Source: Auanema rhodensis (Eukaryota > Animalia > Nematoda). Taken from it: 64,000 nt of DNA. The stretch covers positions 23,513,665 to 23,577,664 of the forward strand of contig OZ059896.1 in NCBI GenBank assembly GCA_964057225.1. The letters are read 5' to 3'. Positions 25,501 through 40,500 of this stretch are shown here, in pieces. A program made the translations under genes and the position numbers. The number at the start of each line of letters is the position of its first letter. The stretch's first letter is position 1. Under the pieces are notes generated by a model. The model was not told the origin of the DNA and did not search any database. It was given only the letters and a program-made list of their open reading frames with translations.

Positions 25501-28500
25501 AAGAGATGCGGTTTTCAAAATTAGATTCCCCATGTCCATATTAGTCTAAAAACAATTTTTTATTGATATTGGTGCATGGTAACCATGACTTTGAAATTTA
25601 CGTGAACTTTAATTTATGCTAATTAAATGTACACGTGATGTGCACTTGGTATGTAACTCGCTTCACATGAAAGATAAAGAGATGCGGTTTTCAAAATTAG
25701 ATTCCCCATGTCCATATTAGTCTAAAAACAAATTTTTATTGATATTGGTGCATGGTAACCTTGACTTTGAAATTTACGTGAACTTTAATTTATGCTAATT
25801 AAATGTACACGTGATGTGCACTTGGTATGTAACTCGCTTCACGTGAAAGATAAAGAGATGCGGTTTTCAAAATTAGATTCCCCATGTCCATATTAGTCTA
25901 AAAACAAATTTTTATTGATATTGGTGCATGGTAACCTTGACTTTGAAATTAACGTGAACTTTAATTTATGCTAATTAAATGTACACGTGATGTACACTTG
26001 GTATGTAACTTGCTTCACGTGAAAGATAAAGAGATGCGGTTTTCAAAATTAGATTTCCCATGTCCATATTAGTCTAAAAACAAATTTTTATTGATATTGG
26101 TTCATGGTAACCATGACTTTGAAATTTACGTGAACTTTAATTTATGCTAATTAAATGTACACGTGATGTGCACTTGGTAAGTAACTCGCTTCACGTGAAA
26201 GATAAAGAGATGCGGTTTTCAAAATTAGATTCCCCATGTCCATATTAGTCTAAAAACAAATTTTTATTGATATTGGCGCATGGTAACCATGACTTTGAAT
26301 TTTACGTGAACTTTAATTTATGCTAATTAAATGTACACGTGATGTGCACTTGGTATGTAACTCGCTTCACGTGAAAGATAAAGAGATGCGGTTTTCAAAA
26401 TTAGATTCCCCATGTCCATATTAGTCTAAAAACAAATTTTTATTGATATTGGTGCATGGTAACCATGACTTTGAATTTTACGTGAACTTTAATTTATGCT
26501 AATTAAATGTACACGTGATGTGCACTTGGTATGTAACTCGCTTCGCGTGAAAGATAAAGAGATGCGGTTTTCAAAATTAGATTCCCCATGTCCATATTAG
26601 TCTAAAAACAAATTTTTATTGATATTGCTTCATGGTAACCATGACTTTGAAATTTACGTGAACTTTAATTTATGCTAATTAAATGTACACGTGATGTGCA
26701 CTTGGTATGTAACTCGCTTCACGTGAAAGATAAAGAGATGCGGTTTTCAAAATTAGATTCCCCATGTCCATATTAGTCTAAAAACAAATTTTTATTGATA
26801 TTGGTGCATGGTAACCATGACTTTGAATTTTACGTGAACTTTAATTTATGCTAATTAAATGTACACGTGATGTGCACTTGGTATGTAACTCGCTTCACGT
26901 GAAAGATAAAGAGATGCGGTTTTCAAAATTAGATTCCCCATGTCCATATTAGTCTAAAAACAAATTTTTATTGATATTGGTGCATGGTAACCTTGACTTT
27001 GAAATTTACGTGAACTTTAATTTATGCTAATTAAATGTACACGTGATGTGCACTTGGTATGTAACTCGCTTCACGTGAAAGATAAAGAGATGCGGTTTTC
27101 AAAATTAGATTCCCCATGTCCATATTAGTCTAAAAACAAATTTTTATTGATATTGGTGCATGGTAACCTTGACTTTGAAATTAACGTGAACTTTAATTTA
27201 TGCTAATTAAATGTACACGTGATGTACACTTGGTATGTAACTTGCTTCACGTGAAAGATAAAGAGATGCGGTTTTCAAAATTAGATTCCCCATGTCCATA
27301 TTAGTCTAAAAACAAATTTTTATTGATATTGGTTCATGGTAACCATGACTTTGAAATTTACGTGAACTTTAATTTATGCTAATTAAATGTACACGTGATG
27401 TGCACTTGGTAAGTAACTCGCTTCACGTGAAAGATAAAGAGATGCGGTTTTCAAAATTAGATTCCCCATGTCCATATTAGTCTAAAAACAAATTTTTATT
27501 GATATTGGCGCATGGTAACCATGACTTTGAATTTTACGTGAACTTTAATTTATGCTAATTAAATGTACACGTGATGTGCACTTGGTATGTAACTCGCTTC
27601 ACGTGAAAGATAAAGAGATGCGGTTTTCAAAATTAGATTCCCCATGTCCATATTAGTCTAAAAACAAATTTTTATTGATATTGGTGCATGGTAACCATGA
27701 CTTTGAATTTTACGTGAACTTTAATTTATGCTAATTAAATGTACACGTGATGTGCACTTGGTATGTAACTCGCTTCGCGTGAAAGATAAAGAGATGCGGT
27801 TTTCAAAATTAGATTCCCCATGTCCATATTAGTCTAAAAACAAATTTTTATTGATATTGCTTCATGGTAACCATGACTTTGAAATTTACGTGAACTTTAA
27901 TTTATGCTAATTAAATGTACACGTGATGTGCACTTGGTATGTAACTCGCTTCACGTGAAAGATAAAGAGATGCGGTTTTCAAAATTAGATTCCCCATGTC
28001 CATATTAGTCTAAAAACAAATTTTTATTGATATTGGTGCATGGTAACCATGACTTTGAATTTTACGTGAACTTTAATTTATGCTAATTAAATGTACACGT
28101 GATGTGCACTTGGTATGTAACTCGCTTCACGTGAAAGATAAAGAGATGCGGTTTTCAAAATTAGATTACCCATGTCCATATTAGTCTAAAAACAAATTTT
28201 TATTGTTATTGGTGCATGGTAACCATGACTTTGAAATTTACGTGAACTTTAATTTATGCTAATTAAATGTACACGTGATGTGCACTTGGTATGTAACTCG
28301 CTTCACGTGAAAGATAAAGAGATGCGGTTTTCAAAATTAGATTCCCCATGTCCATATTAGTCTAAAAACAAATTTTTATTGATATTGGTTCATGGTAACC
28401 ATGACTTTGAAATTTACGTGAACTTTAATTTATGCTAATTAAATGTACACGTGATGTGCACTTGGTATGTAACTCGCTTCACGTGAAAGATAAAGAGATG

Positions 28501-31500
28501 CGGTTTTTAAAATTAGATTCCCCATGTCCATATTAGTCTAAAAACAAATTTTTATTGCTATTGGTTCATGGTAACCATGACTTTGAAATTTACGTGAACT
28601 TTAATTTATGCTAATTAAATGTACACGTGATGTGCAGTTGGTATGTAACTCGCTTCACGTGAAAGATAAAGAGATGCGGTTTTCAAAATTAGATTCCCCA
28701 TGTCCATATTAGTCTAAAAACAAATTTTTATTGATATTGGTGCATGGTAACCATGACTTTGAAATTAACGTGAACTTTAATTTATGCTAATTAAATGTAC
28801 ACGTGATGTACACTTGGTATGTAACTCGCTTCACGTGAAAGATAAAGAGATGCGGTTTTCAAAATTAGATTCCCCATGTCCATATTAGTCTAAAAACAAA
28901 TTTTTATTGATATTGGTGCATGGTAACCATGACTTTGAAATTCACGTGAACTTTAATTTATGCTAATTAAATGTACACGTGATATGCACTTGGTATGTAA
29001 CTCGCTTCACGTGAAAGATAAAGAGATGCGGTTTTCAAAATTAGATTCCCCATGTCCATATTAGTCTAAAAACAAATTTTTATTGATATTGCTTCATGGT
29101 AACCATGACTTTGAAATTTACGTGAACTTTAATTTATGCTAATTAAATGTACACGTGATGTGAACTTGGTATGTAACTCGCTTCACGTGAAAGATAAAGA
29201 GATGCGGTTTTCAAAATTAGATTCCCCATGTCCATATTAGTCTAAAAACAAATTTTTATTGATATTGGTGCATGGTAACCATGACTTTGAAATTTACGTG
29301 AACTTTAATTTATGCTAATTAAATGTACACGTGATGTGCACTTGGTATGTAACTCGCTTCACGTGAAAGATAAAGAGATGCGGTTTTCAAAATTAGATTC
29401 CCCATGTCCATATTAGTCTAAAAACAAATTTTTATTGATATTGGTGCATGGTAACCTTGACTTTGAAATTTACGTGAACTTTAATTTATGCTAATTAAAT
29501 GTACACGTGATGTACACTTGGTATGTAACTTGCTTCACGTGAAAGATAAAGAAATGCGGTTTTCAAAATTAGATTCCCCATGTCCATATTAGTCTAAAAA
29601 CAAATTTTTATTGATATTGGTGCATGGTAACCATGACTTTGAAATTAACGTGAACTTTAATTTATGCTAATTAAATGTACACGTGATGTACACTTGGTAT
29701 GTAACTTGCTTCACGTGAAAGATAAAGAGATGCGGTTTTCAAAATTAGATTCCCCATGTCCATATTAGTCTAAAAACAAATTTTTATTGATATTGCTTCA
29801 TGGTAACCATGACTTTGAAATTTACGTGAACTTTAATTTATGCTAATTAAATGTACACGTGATGTGAACTTGGTATGTAACTCGCTTCACGTGAAAGATA
29901 AAGAGATGCGGTTTTCAAAATTAGATTCCCCATGTCCATATTAGTCTAAAAACAAATTTTTATTGATATTGGTGCATGGTAACCATGACTTTGAAATTTA
30001 CGTGAACTTTAATTTATGCTAATTAAATGTACACGTGATGTGCACTTGGTATGTAACTCGCTTCACGTGAAAGATAAAGAGATGCGGTTTTCAAAATTAG
30101 ATTCCCCATGTCCATATTAGTCTAAAAACAAATTTTTATTGATATTGGTGCATGGTAACCTTGACTTTGAAATTTACGTGAACTTTAATTTATGCTAATT
30201 AAATGTACACGTGATGTACACTTGGTATGTAACTTGCTTCACGTGAAAGATAAAGAAATGCGGTTTTCAAAATTAGATTCCCCATGTCCATATTAGTCTA
30301 AAAACAAATTTTTATTGATATTGGTGCATGGTAACCATGACTTTGAAATTAACGTGAACTTTAATTTATGCTAATTAAATGTACACGTGATGTACACTTG
30401 GTATGTAACTTGCTTCACGTGAAAGATAAAGAGATGCGGTTTTCAAAATTAGATTCCCCATGTCCATATTAGTCTAAAAACAAATTTTTATTGATATTGG
30501 TGCATGGTAACCATGACTTTGAATTTTACGTGAACTTTAATTTATGCTAATTAAATGTACACGTGATGTGCACTTGGTATGTAACTCGCTTCACGTGAAA
30601 GATAAAGAGATGCGGTTTTCAAAATTAGATTACCCATGTCCATATTAGTCTAAAAACAAATTTTTATTGTTATTGGTGCATGGTAACCATGACTTTGAAT
30701 TTTACGTGAACTTTAATTTATGCTAATTAAATGTACACGTGATGTGCACTTGGTATGTAACTCGCTTCACGTGAAAGATAAAGAGATGCGGTTTTCAAAA
30801 TTAGATTACCCATGTCCATATTAGTCTAAAAACAAATTTTTATTGATATTGGTGCATGGTAACCATGACTTTGAATTTTACGTGAACTTTAATTTATGCT
30901 AATTAAATGTACACGTGATGTGCACTTGGTATGTAACTCGCTTCACGTGAAAGATAAAGAGATGCGGTTTTCAAAATTAGATTACCCATGTCCATATTAG
31001 TCTAAAAACAAATTTTTATTGTTATTGGTGCATGGTAACCATGACTTTGAATTTTACGTGAACTTTAATTTATGCTAATTAAATGTACACGTGATGTGCA
31101 CTTGGTATGTAACTCGCTTCACGTGAAAGATAAAGAGATGCGGTTTTCAAAATTAGATTCCCCATGTCCATATTAGTCTAAAAACAAATTTTTATTGATA
31201 TTGGTTCATGGTAACCATGACTTTGAAATTTACGTGAACTTTAATTTATGCTAATTAAATGTACACGTGATGTGCACTTGGTATGTAACTCGCTTCACGT
31301 GAAAGATAAAGAGATGCGGTTTTCAAAATTAGATTCCCCATGTCCATATTAGTCTAAAAACAAATTTTTATTGATATTGGTGCATGGTAACCATGACTTT
31401 GAAATTTACGTGAACTTTAATTTATGCTAATTAAATGTACACGTGATGTGCACTTGGTATGTAACTCGCTTCACGTGAAAGATAAAGAGATGCGGTTTTC

Positions 31501-34500
31501 AAAATTAGATTCCCCATGTCCATATTAGTCTAAAAACAAATTTTTATTGATATTGGTTCATGGTAACCATGACTTTGAAATTTACGTGAACTTTAATTTA
31601 TGCTAATTAAATGTACACGTGATGTGCACTTGGTATGTAACTCGCTTCACGTGAAAGATAAAGAGATGCGGTTTTCAAAATTAGATTCCCCATGTCCATA
31701 TTAGTCTAAAAACAAATTTTTATTGATATTGCTTCATGGTAACCATGACTTTGGAATTTACGTGAACTTTAATTTATGCTAATTAAATGTACACGTGATG
31801 TGCACTTGGTATGTAACTCGCTTCACGTGAAAGATAAAGAGATGCGGTTTTCAAAATTAGATTCCCCATGTCCATATTAGTCTAAAAACAAATTTTTATT
31901 GATATTGGTTCATGGTAACCATGACTTTGAAATTTACGTGAACTTTAATTTATGCTAATTAAATGTACACGTGATGTACACTTGGTATGTAACTTGCTTC
32001 ACGTGAAAGATAAAGAGATGCGGTTTTCAAAATTAGATTCCCCATGTCCATATTAGTCTAAAAACAAATTTTTATTGATATTGCTTCATGGTAACCATGA
32101 CTTTGAAATTTACGTGAACTTTAATTTATGCTAATTAAATGTACACGTGATGTGAACTTGGTATGTAACTCGCTTCACGTGAAAGATAAAGAGATGCGGT
32201 TTTCAAAATTAGATTCCCCATGTCCATATTAGTCTAAAAACAAATTTTTATTGATATTGGTGCATGGTAACCATGACTTTGAAATTTACGTGAACTTTAA
32301 TTTATGCTAATTAAATGTACACGTGATGTGCACTTGGTATGTAACTCGCTTCACGTGAAAGATAAAGAGATGCGGTTTTCAAAATTAGATTCCCCATGTC
32401 CATATTAGTCTAAAAACAAATTTTTATTGATATTGGTGCATGGTAACCTTGACTTTGAAATTTACGTGAACTTTAATTTATGCTAATTAAATGTACACGT
32501 GATGTACACTTGGTATGTAACTTGCTTCACGTGAAAGATAAAGAAATGCGGTTTTCAAAATTAGATTCCCCATGTCCATATTAGTCTAAAAACAAATTTT
32601 TATTGATATTGGTGCATGGTAACCATGACTTTGAAATTAACGTGAACTTTAATTTATGCTAATTAAATGTACACGTGATGTACACTTGGTATGTAACTTG
32701 CTTCACGTGAAAGATAAAGAGATGCGGTTTTCAAAATTAGATTCCCCATGTCCATATTAGTCTAAAAACAAATTTTTATTGATATTGGTGCATGGTAACC
32801 ATGACTTTGAATTTTACGTGAACTTTAATTTATGCTAATTAAATGTACACGTGATGTGCACTTGGTATGTAACTCGCTTCACGTGAAAGATAAAGAGATG
32901 CGGTTTTCAAAATTAGATTACCCATGTCCATATTAGTCTAAAAACAAATTTTTATTGTTATTGGTGCATGGTAACCATGACTTTGAATTTTACGTGAACT
33001 TTAATTTATGCTAATTAAATGTACACGTGATGTGCACTTGGTATGTAACTCGCTTCACGTGAAAGATAAAGAGATGCGGTTTTCAAAATTAGATTACCCA
33101 TGTCCATATTAGTCTAAAAACAAATTTTTATTGATATTGGTGCATGGTAACCATGACTTTGAATTTTACGTGAACTTTAATTTATGCTAATTAAATGTAC
33201 ACGTGATGTGCACTTGGTATGTAACTCGCTTCACGTGAAAGATAAAGAGATGCGGTTTTCAAAATTAGATTACCCATGTCCATATTAGTCTAAAAACAAA
33301 TTTTTATTGTTATTGGTGCATGGTAACCATGACTTTGAATTTTACGTGAACTTTAATTTATGCTAATTAAATGTACACGTGATGTGCACTTGGTATGTAA
33401 CTCGCTTCACGTGAAAGATAAAGAGATGCGGTTTTCAAAATTAGATTCCCCATGTCCATATTAGTCTAAAAACAAATTTTTATTGATATTGGTTCATGGT
33501 AACCATGACTTTGAAATTTACGTGAACTTTAATTTATGCTAATTAAATGTACACGTGATGTGCACTTGGTATGTAACTCGCTTCACGTGAAAGATAAAGA
33601 GATGCGGTTTTCAAAATTAGATTCCCCATGTCCATATTAGTCTAAAAACAAATTTTTATTGATATTGGTGCATGGTAACCATGACTTTGAAATTTACGTG
33701 AACTTTAATTTATGCTAATTAAATGTACACGTGATGTGCACTTGGTATGTAACTCGCTTCACGTGAAAGATAAAGAGATGCGGTTTTCAAAATTAGATTC
33801 CCCATGTCCATATTAGTCTAAAAACAAATTTTTATTGATATTGGTTCATGGTAACCATGACTTTGAAATTTACGTGAACTTTAATTTATGCTAATTAAAT
33901 GTACACGTGATGTGCACTTGGTATGTAACTCGCTTCACGTGAAAGATAAAGAGATGCGGTTTTCAAAATTAGATTCCCCATGTCCATATTAGTCTAAAAA
34001 CAAATTTTTATTGATATTGCTTCATGGTAACCATGACTTTGGAATTTACGTGAACTTTAATTTATGCTAATTAAATGTACACGTGATGTGCACTTGGTAT
34101 GTAACTCGCTTCACGTGAAAGATAAAGAGATGCGGTTTTCAAAATTAGATTCCCCATGTCCATATTAGTCTAAAAACAAATTTTTATTGATATTGGTTCA
34201 TGGTAACCATGACTTTGAAATTTACGTGAACTTTAATTTATGCTAATTAAATGTACACGTGATGTGCACTTGGTATGTAACTCGCTTCACGTGAAAGATA
34301 AAGAGATGCGGTTTTCAAAATTAGATTCCCCATGTCCATATTAGTCTACAAACAAATTTTTATTGATATTGGTGCATGGTAACCATGACTTTGAAATTTA
34401 CGTGAACTTTAATTTATGCTAATTAAATGTACACGTGATGTGCACTTGGTATGTAACTCGCTTCACGTGAAAGATAAAGAGATGCGGTTTTCAAAATTAG

Positions 34501-37500
34501 ATTCCCCATGTCCATATTAGTCTAAAAACAAATTTTTATTGATATTGGTTCATGGTAACCATGACTTTGAAATTTACGTGAACTTTAATTTATGCTAATT
34601 AAATGTACACGTGATGTGCACTTGGTATGTAACTCGCTTCACGTGAAAGATAAAGAGATGCGGTTTTTAAAATTAGATTCCCCATGTCCATATTAGTCTA
34701 AAAACAAATTTTTATTGCTATTGGTTCATGGTAACCATGACTTTGAAATTTACGTGAACTTTAATTTATGCTAATTAAATGTACACGTGATGTGCAGTTG
34801 GTATGTAACTCGCTTCACGTGAAAGATAAAGAGATGCGGTTTTCAAAATTAGATTCCCCATGTCCATATTAGTCTAAAAACAAATTTTTATTGCTATTGG
34901 TTCATGGTAACCATGACTTTGAAATTTACGTGAACTTTAATTTATGCTAATTAAATGTACACGTGATGTGCAGTTGGTATGTAACTCGCTTCACGTGAAA
35001 GATAAAGAGATGCGGTTTTCAAAATTAGATTCCCCATGTCCATATTAGTCTAAAAACAAATTTTTATTGATATTGGTGCATGGTAACCATGACTTTGAAA
35101 TTAACGTGAACTTTAATTTATGCTAATTAAATGTACACGTGATGTACACTTGGTATGTAACTCGCTTCACGTGAAAGATAAAGAGATGCGGTTTTCAAAA
35201 TTAGATTCCCCATGTCCATATTAGTCTAAAAACAAATTTTTATTGATATTGGTGCATGGTAACCTTGACTTTGAAATTTACGTGAACTTTAATTTATGCT
35301 AATTAAATGTACACGTGATGTACACTTGGTATGTAACTTGCTTCACGTGAAAGATAAAGAAATGCGGTTTTCAAAATTAGATTCCCCATGTCCATATTAG
35401 TCTAAAAACAAATTTTTATTGATATTGGTGCATGGTAACCTTGACTTTGAAATTTACGTGAACTTTAATTTATGCTAATTAAATGTACACGTGATGTACA
35501 CTTGGTATGTAACTTGCTTCACGTGAAAGATAAAGAAATGCGGTTTTCAAAATTAGATTCCCCATGTCCATATTAGTCTAAAAACAAATTTTTATTGATA
35601 TTGGTGCATGGTAACCATGACTTTGAAATTTACGTGAACTTTAATTTATGCTAATTAAATGTACACGTGATGTGCACTTGGTATGTAACTCGCTTCACGT
35701 GAAAGATAAAGAGATGCGGTTTTCAAAATTAGATTCCCCATGTCCATATTAGTCTAAAAACAAATTTTTATTGTTATTGGTGCATGGTAACCATGACTTT
35801 GAATTTTACGTGAACTTTAATTTATGCTAATTAAATGTACACGTGATGTGCACTTGGTATGTAACTCGCTTCACGTGAAAGATAAAGAGATGCGGTTTTC
35901 AAAATTAGATTCCCCATGTCCATATTAGTCTAAAAACAAATTTTTATTGATATTGGTTCATGGTAACCATGACTTTGAAATTTACGTGAACTTTAATTTA
36001 TGCTAATTAAATGTACACGTGATGTGCACTTGGTATGTAACTCGCTTCACGTGAAAGATAAAGAGATGCGGTCTTCAAAATTAGATTCCCCATGTCCATA
36101 TTAGTCTAAAAACAAATTTTTATTGATATTGGTGCATGGTAACCATGACTTTGAAATTTACGTGAACTTTAATTTATGCTAATTAAATGTACACGTGATG
36201 TGCACTTGGTATGTAACTCGCTTCACGTGAAAGATAAAGAGATGCGGTTTTCAAAATTAGATTCCCCATGTCCATATTAGTCTAAAAACAAATTTTTATT
36301 GTTATTGGTGCATGGTAACCATGACTTTGAATTTTACGTGAACTTTAATTTATGCTAATTAAATGTACACGTGATGTGCACTTGGTATGTAACTCGCTTC
36401 ACGTGAAAGATAAAGAGATGCGGTTTTCAAAATTAGATTCCCCATGTCCATATTAGTCTAAAAACAAATTTTTATTGATATTGGTTCATGGTAACCATGA
36501 CTTTGAAATTTACGTGAACTTTAATTTATGCTAATTAAATGTACACGTGATGTGCACTTGGTATGTAACTCGCTTCACGTGAAAGATAAAGAGATGCGGT
36601 TTTCAAAATTAGATTCCCCATGTCCATATTAGTCTAAAAACAAATTTTTATTGATATTGGTGCATGGTAACCATGACTTTGAAATTTACGTGAACTTTAA
36701 TTTATGCTAATTAAATGTACACGTGATGTGCACTTTGTATGTAACTCGCTTCACGTGAAAGATAAAGAGATGCGGTTTTCAAAATTAGATTCCCCATGTC
36801 CATATTAGTCTAAAAACAAATTTTTATTGATATTGGTGCATGGTAACCATGACTTTGAAATTTACGTGAACTTTAATTTATGCTAATTAAATGTACACGT
36901 GATGTGCACTTGGTATGTAACTCGCTTCACGTGAAAGATAAAGAGATGCGGTTTTCAAAATTAGATTCCCCATGTCCATATTAGTCTAAAAACAAATTTT
37001 TATTGATATTGGTTCATGGTAACCATGACTTTGAAATTTACGTGAACTTTAATTTATGCTAATTAAATGTACACGTGATGTGCACTTGGTATGTAACTCG
37101 CTTCACGTGAAAGATAAAGAGATGCGGTTTTCAAAATTAGATTCCCCATGTCCATATTAGTCTAAAAACAAATTTTTATTGATATTGGTGCATGGTAACC
37201 ATGACTTTGAAATTTACGTGAACTTTAATTTATGCTAATTAAATGTACACGTGATGTGCACTTGGTATGTAACTCGCTTCACGTGAAAGATAAAGAGATG
37301 CGGTTTTCAAAATTAGATTCCCCATGTCCATATTAGTCTAAAAACAAATTTTTATTGATATTGGTGCATGGTAACCATGACTTTGAAATTTACGTGAACT
37401 TTAATTTATGCTAATTAAATGTACACGTGATGTGCACTTGGTATGTAACTCGCTTCACGTGAAAGATAAAGAGATGCGGTTTTCAAAATTAGATTCCCCA

Positions 37501-40500
37501 TGTCCATATTAGTCTAAAAACAAATTTTTATTGATATTGGTGCATGGTAACCATGACTTTGAAATTTACGTGAACTTTAATTTATGCTAATTAAATGTAC
37601 ACGTGATGTGCACTTGGTATGTAACTCGCTTCACGTGAAAGATAAAGAGATGCGGTTTTCAAAATTAGATTCCCCATGTCCATATTAGTCTAAAAACAAA
37701 TTTTTATTGATATTGGTGCATGGTAACCATGACTTTGAAATTTACGTGAACTTTAATTTATGCTAATTAAATGTACACGTGATGTGCACTTTGTATGTAA
37801 CTCGCTTCACGTGGAAGATAAAGAGATGCGGTTTTCAAAATTAGATTCCCCATGTCCATATTAGTCTAAAAACAAATTTTTATTGATATTGGTGCATGGT
37901 AACCATGACTTTGAAATTTACGTGAACTTTAATTTATGCTAATTAAATGTACACGTGATGTGCACTTGGTATGTAACTCGCTTCACGTGAAAGATAAAGA
38001 GATGCGGTTTTCAAAATTAGATTCCCCATGTCCATATTAGTCTAAAAACAAATTTTTATTGATATTGGTTCATGGTAACCATGACTTTGAAATTTACGTG
38101 AACTTTAATTTATGCTAATTAAATGTACACGTGATGTGCACTTGGTATGTAACTCGCTTCACGTGAAAGATAAAGAGATGCGGTTTTCAAAATTAGATTC
38201 CCCATGTCCATATTAGTCTAAAAACAAATTTTTATTGATATTGGTGCATGGTAACCATGACTTTGAAATTTACGTGAACTTTAATTTATGCTAATTAAAT
38301 GTACACGTGATGTGCACTTTGTATGTAACTCGCTTCACGTGAAAGATAAAGAGATGCGGTTTTCAAAATTAGATTCCCCATGTCCATATTAGTCTAAAAA
38401 CAAATTTTTATTGATATTGGTGCATGGTAACCATGACTTTGAAATTTACGTGAACTTTAATTTATGCTAATTAAATGTACACGTGATGTGCACTTGGTAT
38501 GTAACTCGCTTCACGTGAAAGATAAAGAGATGCGGTTTTCAAAATTAGATTCCCCATGTCATATTAGTCTAAAAACAAATTTTTATTGATATTGGTGCAT
38601 GGTAACCATGACTTTGAAATTTACGTGAACTTTAATTTATGCTAATTAAATGTACACGTGATGTGCACTTTGTATGTAACTCGCTTCACGTGAAAGATAA
38701 AGAGATGCGGTTTTCAAAATTAGATTCCCCATGTCCATATTAGTCTAAAAACAATTTTTATTGATATTGGTGCATGGTAACCATGACTTTGAAATTTACG
38801 TGAACTTTAATTTATGCTAATTAAATGTACACGTGATGTGCACTTGGTATGTAACTCGCTTCACGTGAAAGATAAAGAGATGCGGTTTTCAAAATTAGAT
38901 TCCCATGTCCATATTAGTCTAAAAACAAATTTTTATTGATATTGGTGCATGGTAACCATGACTTTGAAATTTACGTGAACTTTAATTTATGCTAATTAAA
39001 TGTACACGTGATGTGCACTTGGTATGTAACTCGCTTCACGTGAAAGATAAAGAGATGCGGTTTTCAAAATTAGATTCCCCATGTCCATATTAGTCTAAAA
39101 ACAAATTTTTATTGATATTGGTTCATGGTAACCATGACTTTGAAATTTACGTGAACTTTAATTTATGCTAATTAAATGTACACGTGATGTGCACTTGGTA
39201 TGTAACTCGCTTCACGTGAAAGATAAAGAGATGCGGTTTTCAAAATTAGATTCCCCATGTCCATATTAGTCTAAAAACAAATTTTTATTGATATTGGTTC
39301 ATGGTAACCATGACTTTGAAATTTACGTGAACTTTAATTTATGCTAATTAAATGTACACGTGATGTGCACTTGGTATGTAACTCGCTTCACGTGAAAGAT
39401 AAAGAGATGCGGTTTTCAAAATTAGATTCCCCATGTCCATATTAGTCTAAAAACAAATTTTTATTGATATTGGTTCATGGTAACCATGACTTTGAAATTT
39501 ACGTGAACTTTAATTTATGCTAATTAAATGTACACGTGATGTGCACTTGGTATGTAACTCGCTTCACGTGAAAGATAAAGAGATGCGGTTTTCAAAATTA
39601 GATTCCCCATGTCCATATTAGTCTAAAAACAAATTTTTATTGATATTGGTGCATGGTAACCATGACTTTGAAATTTACGTGAACTTTAATTTATGCTAAT
39701 TAAATGTACACGTGATGTGCACTTGGTATGTAACTCGCTTCACGTGAAAGATAAAGAGATGCGGTTTTCAAAATTAGATTCCCCATGTCCATATTAGTCT
39801 AAAAACAAATTTTTATTGATATTGGTGCATGGTAACCATGACTTTGAAATTTACGTGAACTTTAATTTATGCTAATTAAATGTACACGTGATGTGCACTT
39901 GGTATGTAACTCGCTTCACGTGAAAGATAAAGAGATGCGGTTTTCAAAATTAGATTCCCCATGTCCATATTAGTCTAAAAACAAATTTTTATTGATATTG
40001 GTGCATGGTAACCATGACTTTGAAATTTACGTGAACTTTAATTTATGCTAATTAAATGTACACGTGATGTGCACTTTGTATGTAACTCGCTTCACGTGAA
40101 AGATAAAGAGATGCGGTTTTCAAAATTAGATTCCCCATGTCCATATTAGTCTAAAAACAAATTTTTATTGATATTGGTGCATGGTAACCATGACTTTGAA
40201 ATTTACGTGAACTTTAATTTATGCTAATTAAATGTACACGTGATGTGCACTTGGTATGTAACTCGCTTCACGTGAAAGATAAAGAGATGCGGTTTTCAAA
40301 ATTAGATTCCCCATGTCCATATTAGTCTAAAAACAAATTTTTATTGATATTGGTGCATGGTAACCATGACTTTGAAATTTACGTGAACTTTAATTTATGC
40401 TAATTAAATGTACACGTGATGTGCACTTGGTATGTAACTCGCTTCACGTGAAAGATAAAGAGATGCGGTTTTCAAAATTAGATTCCCCATGTCCATATTA

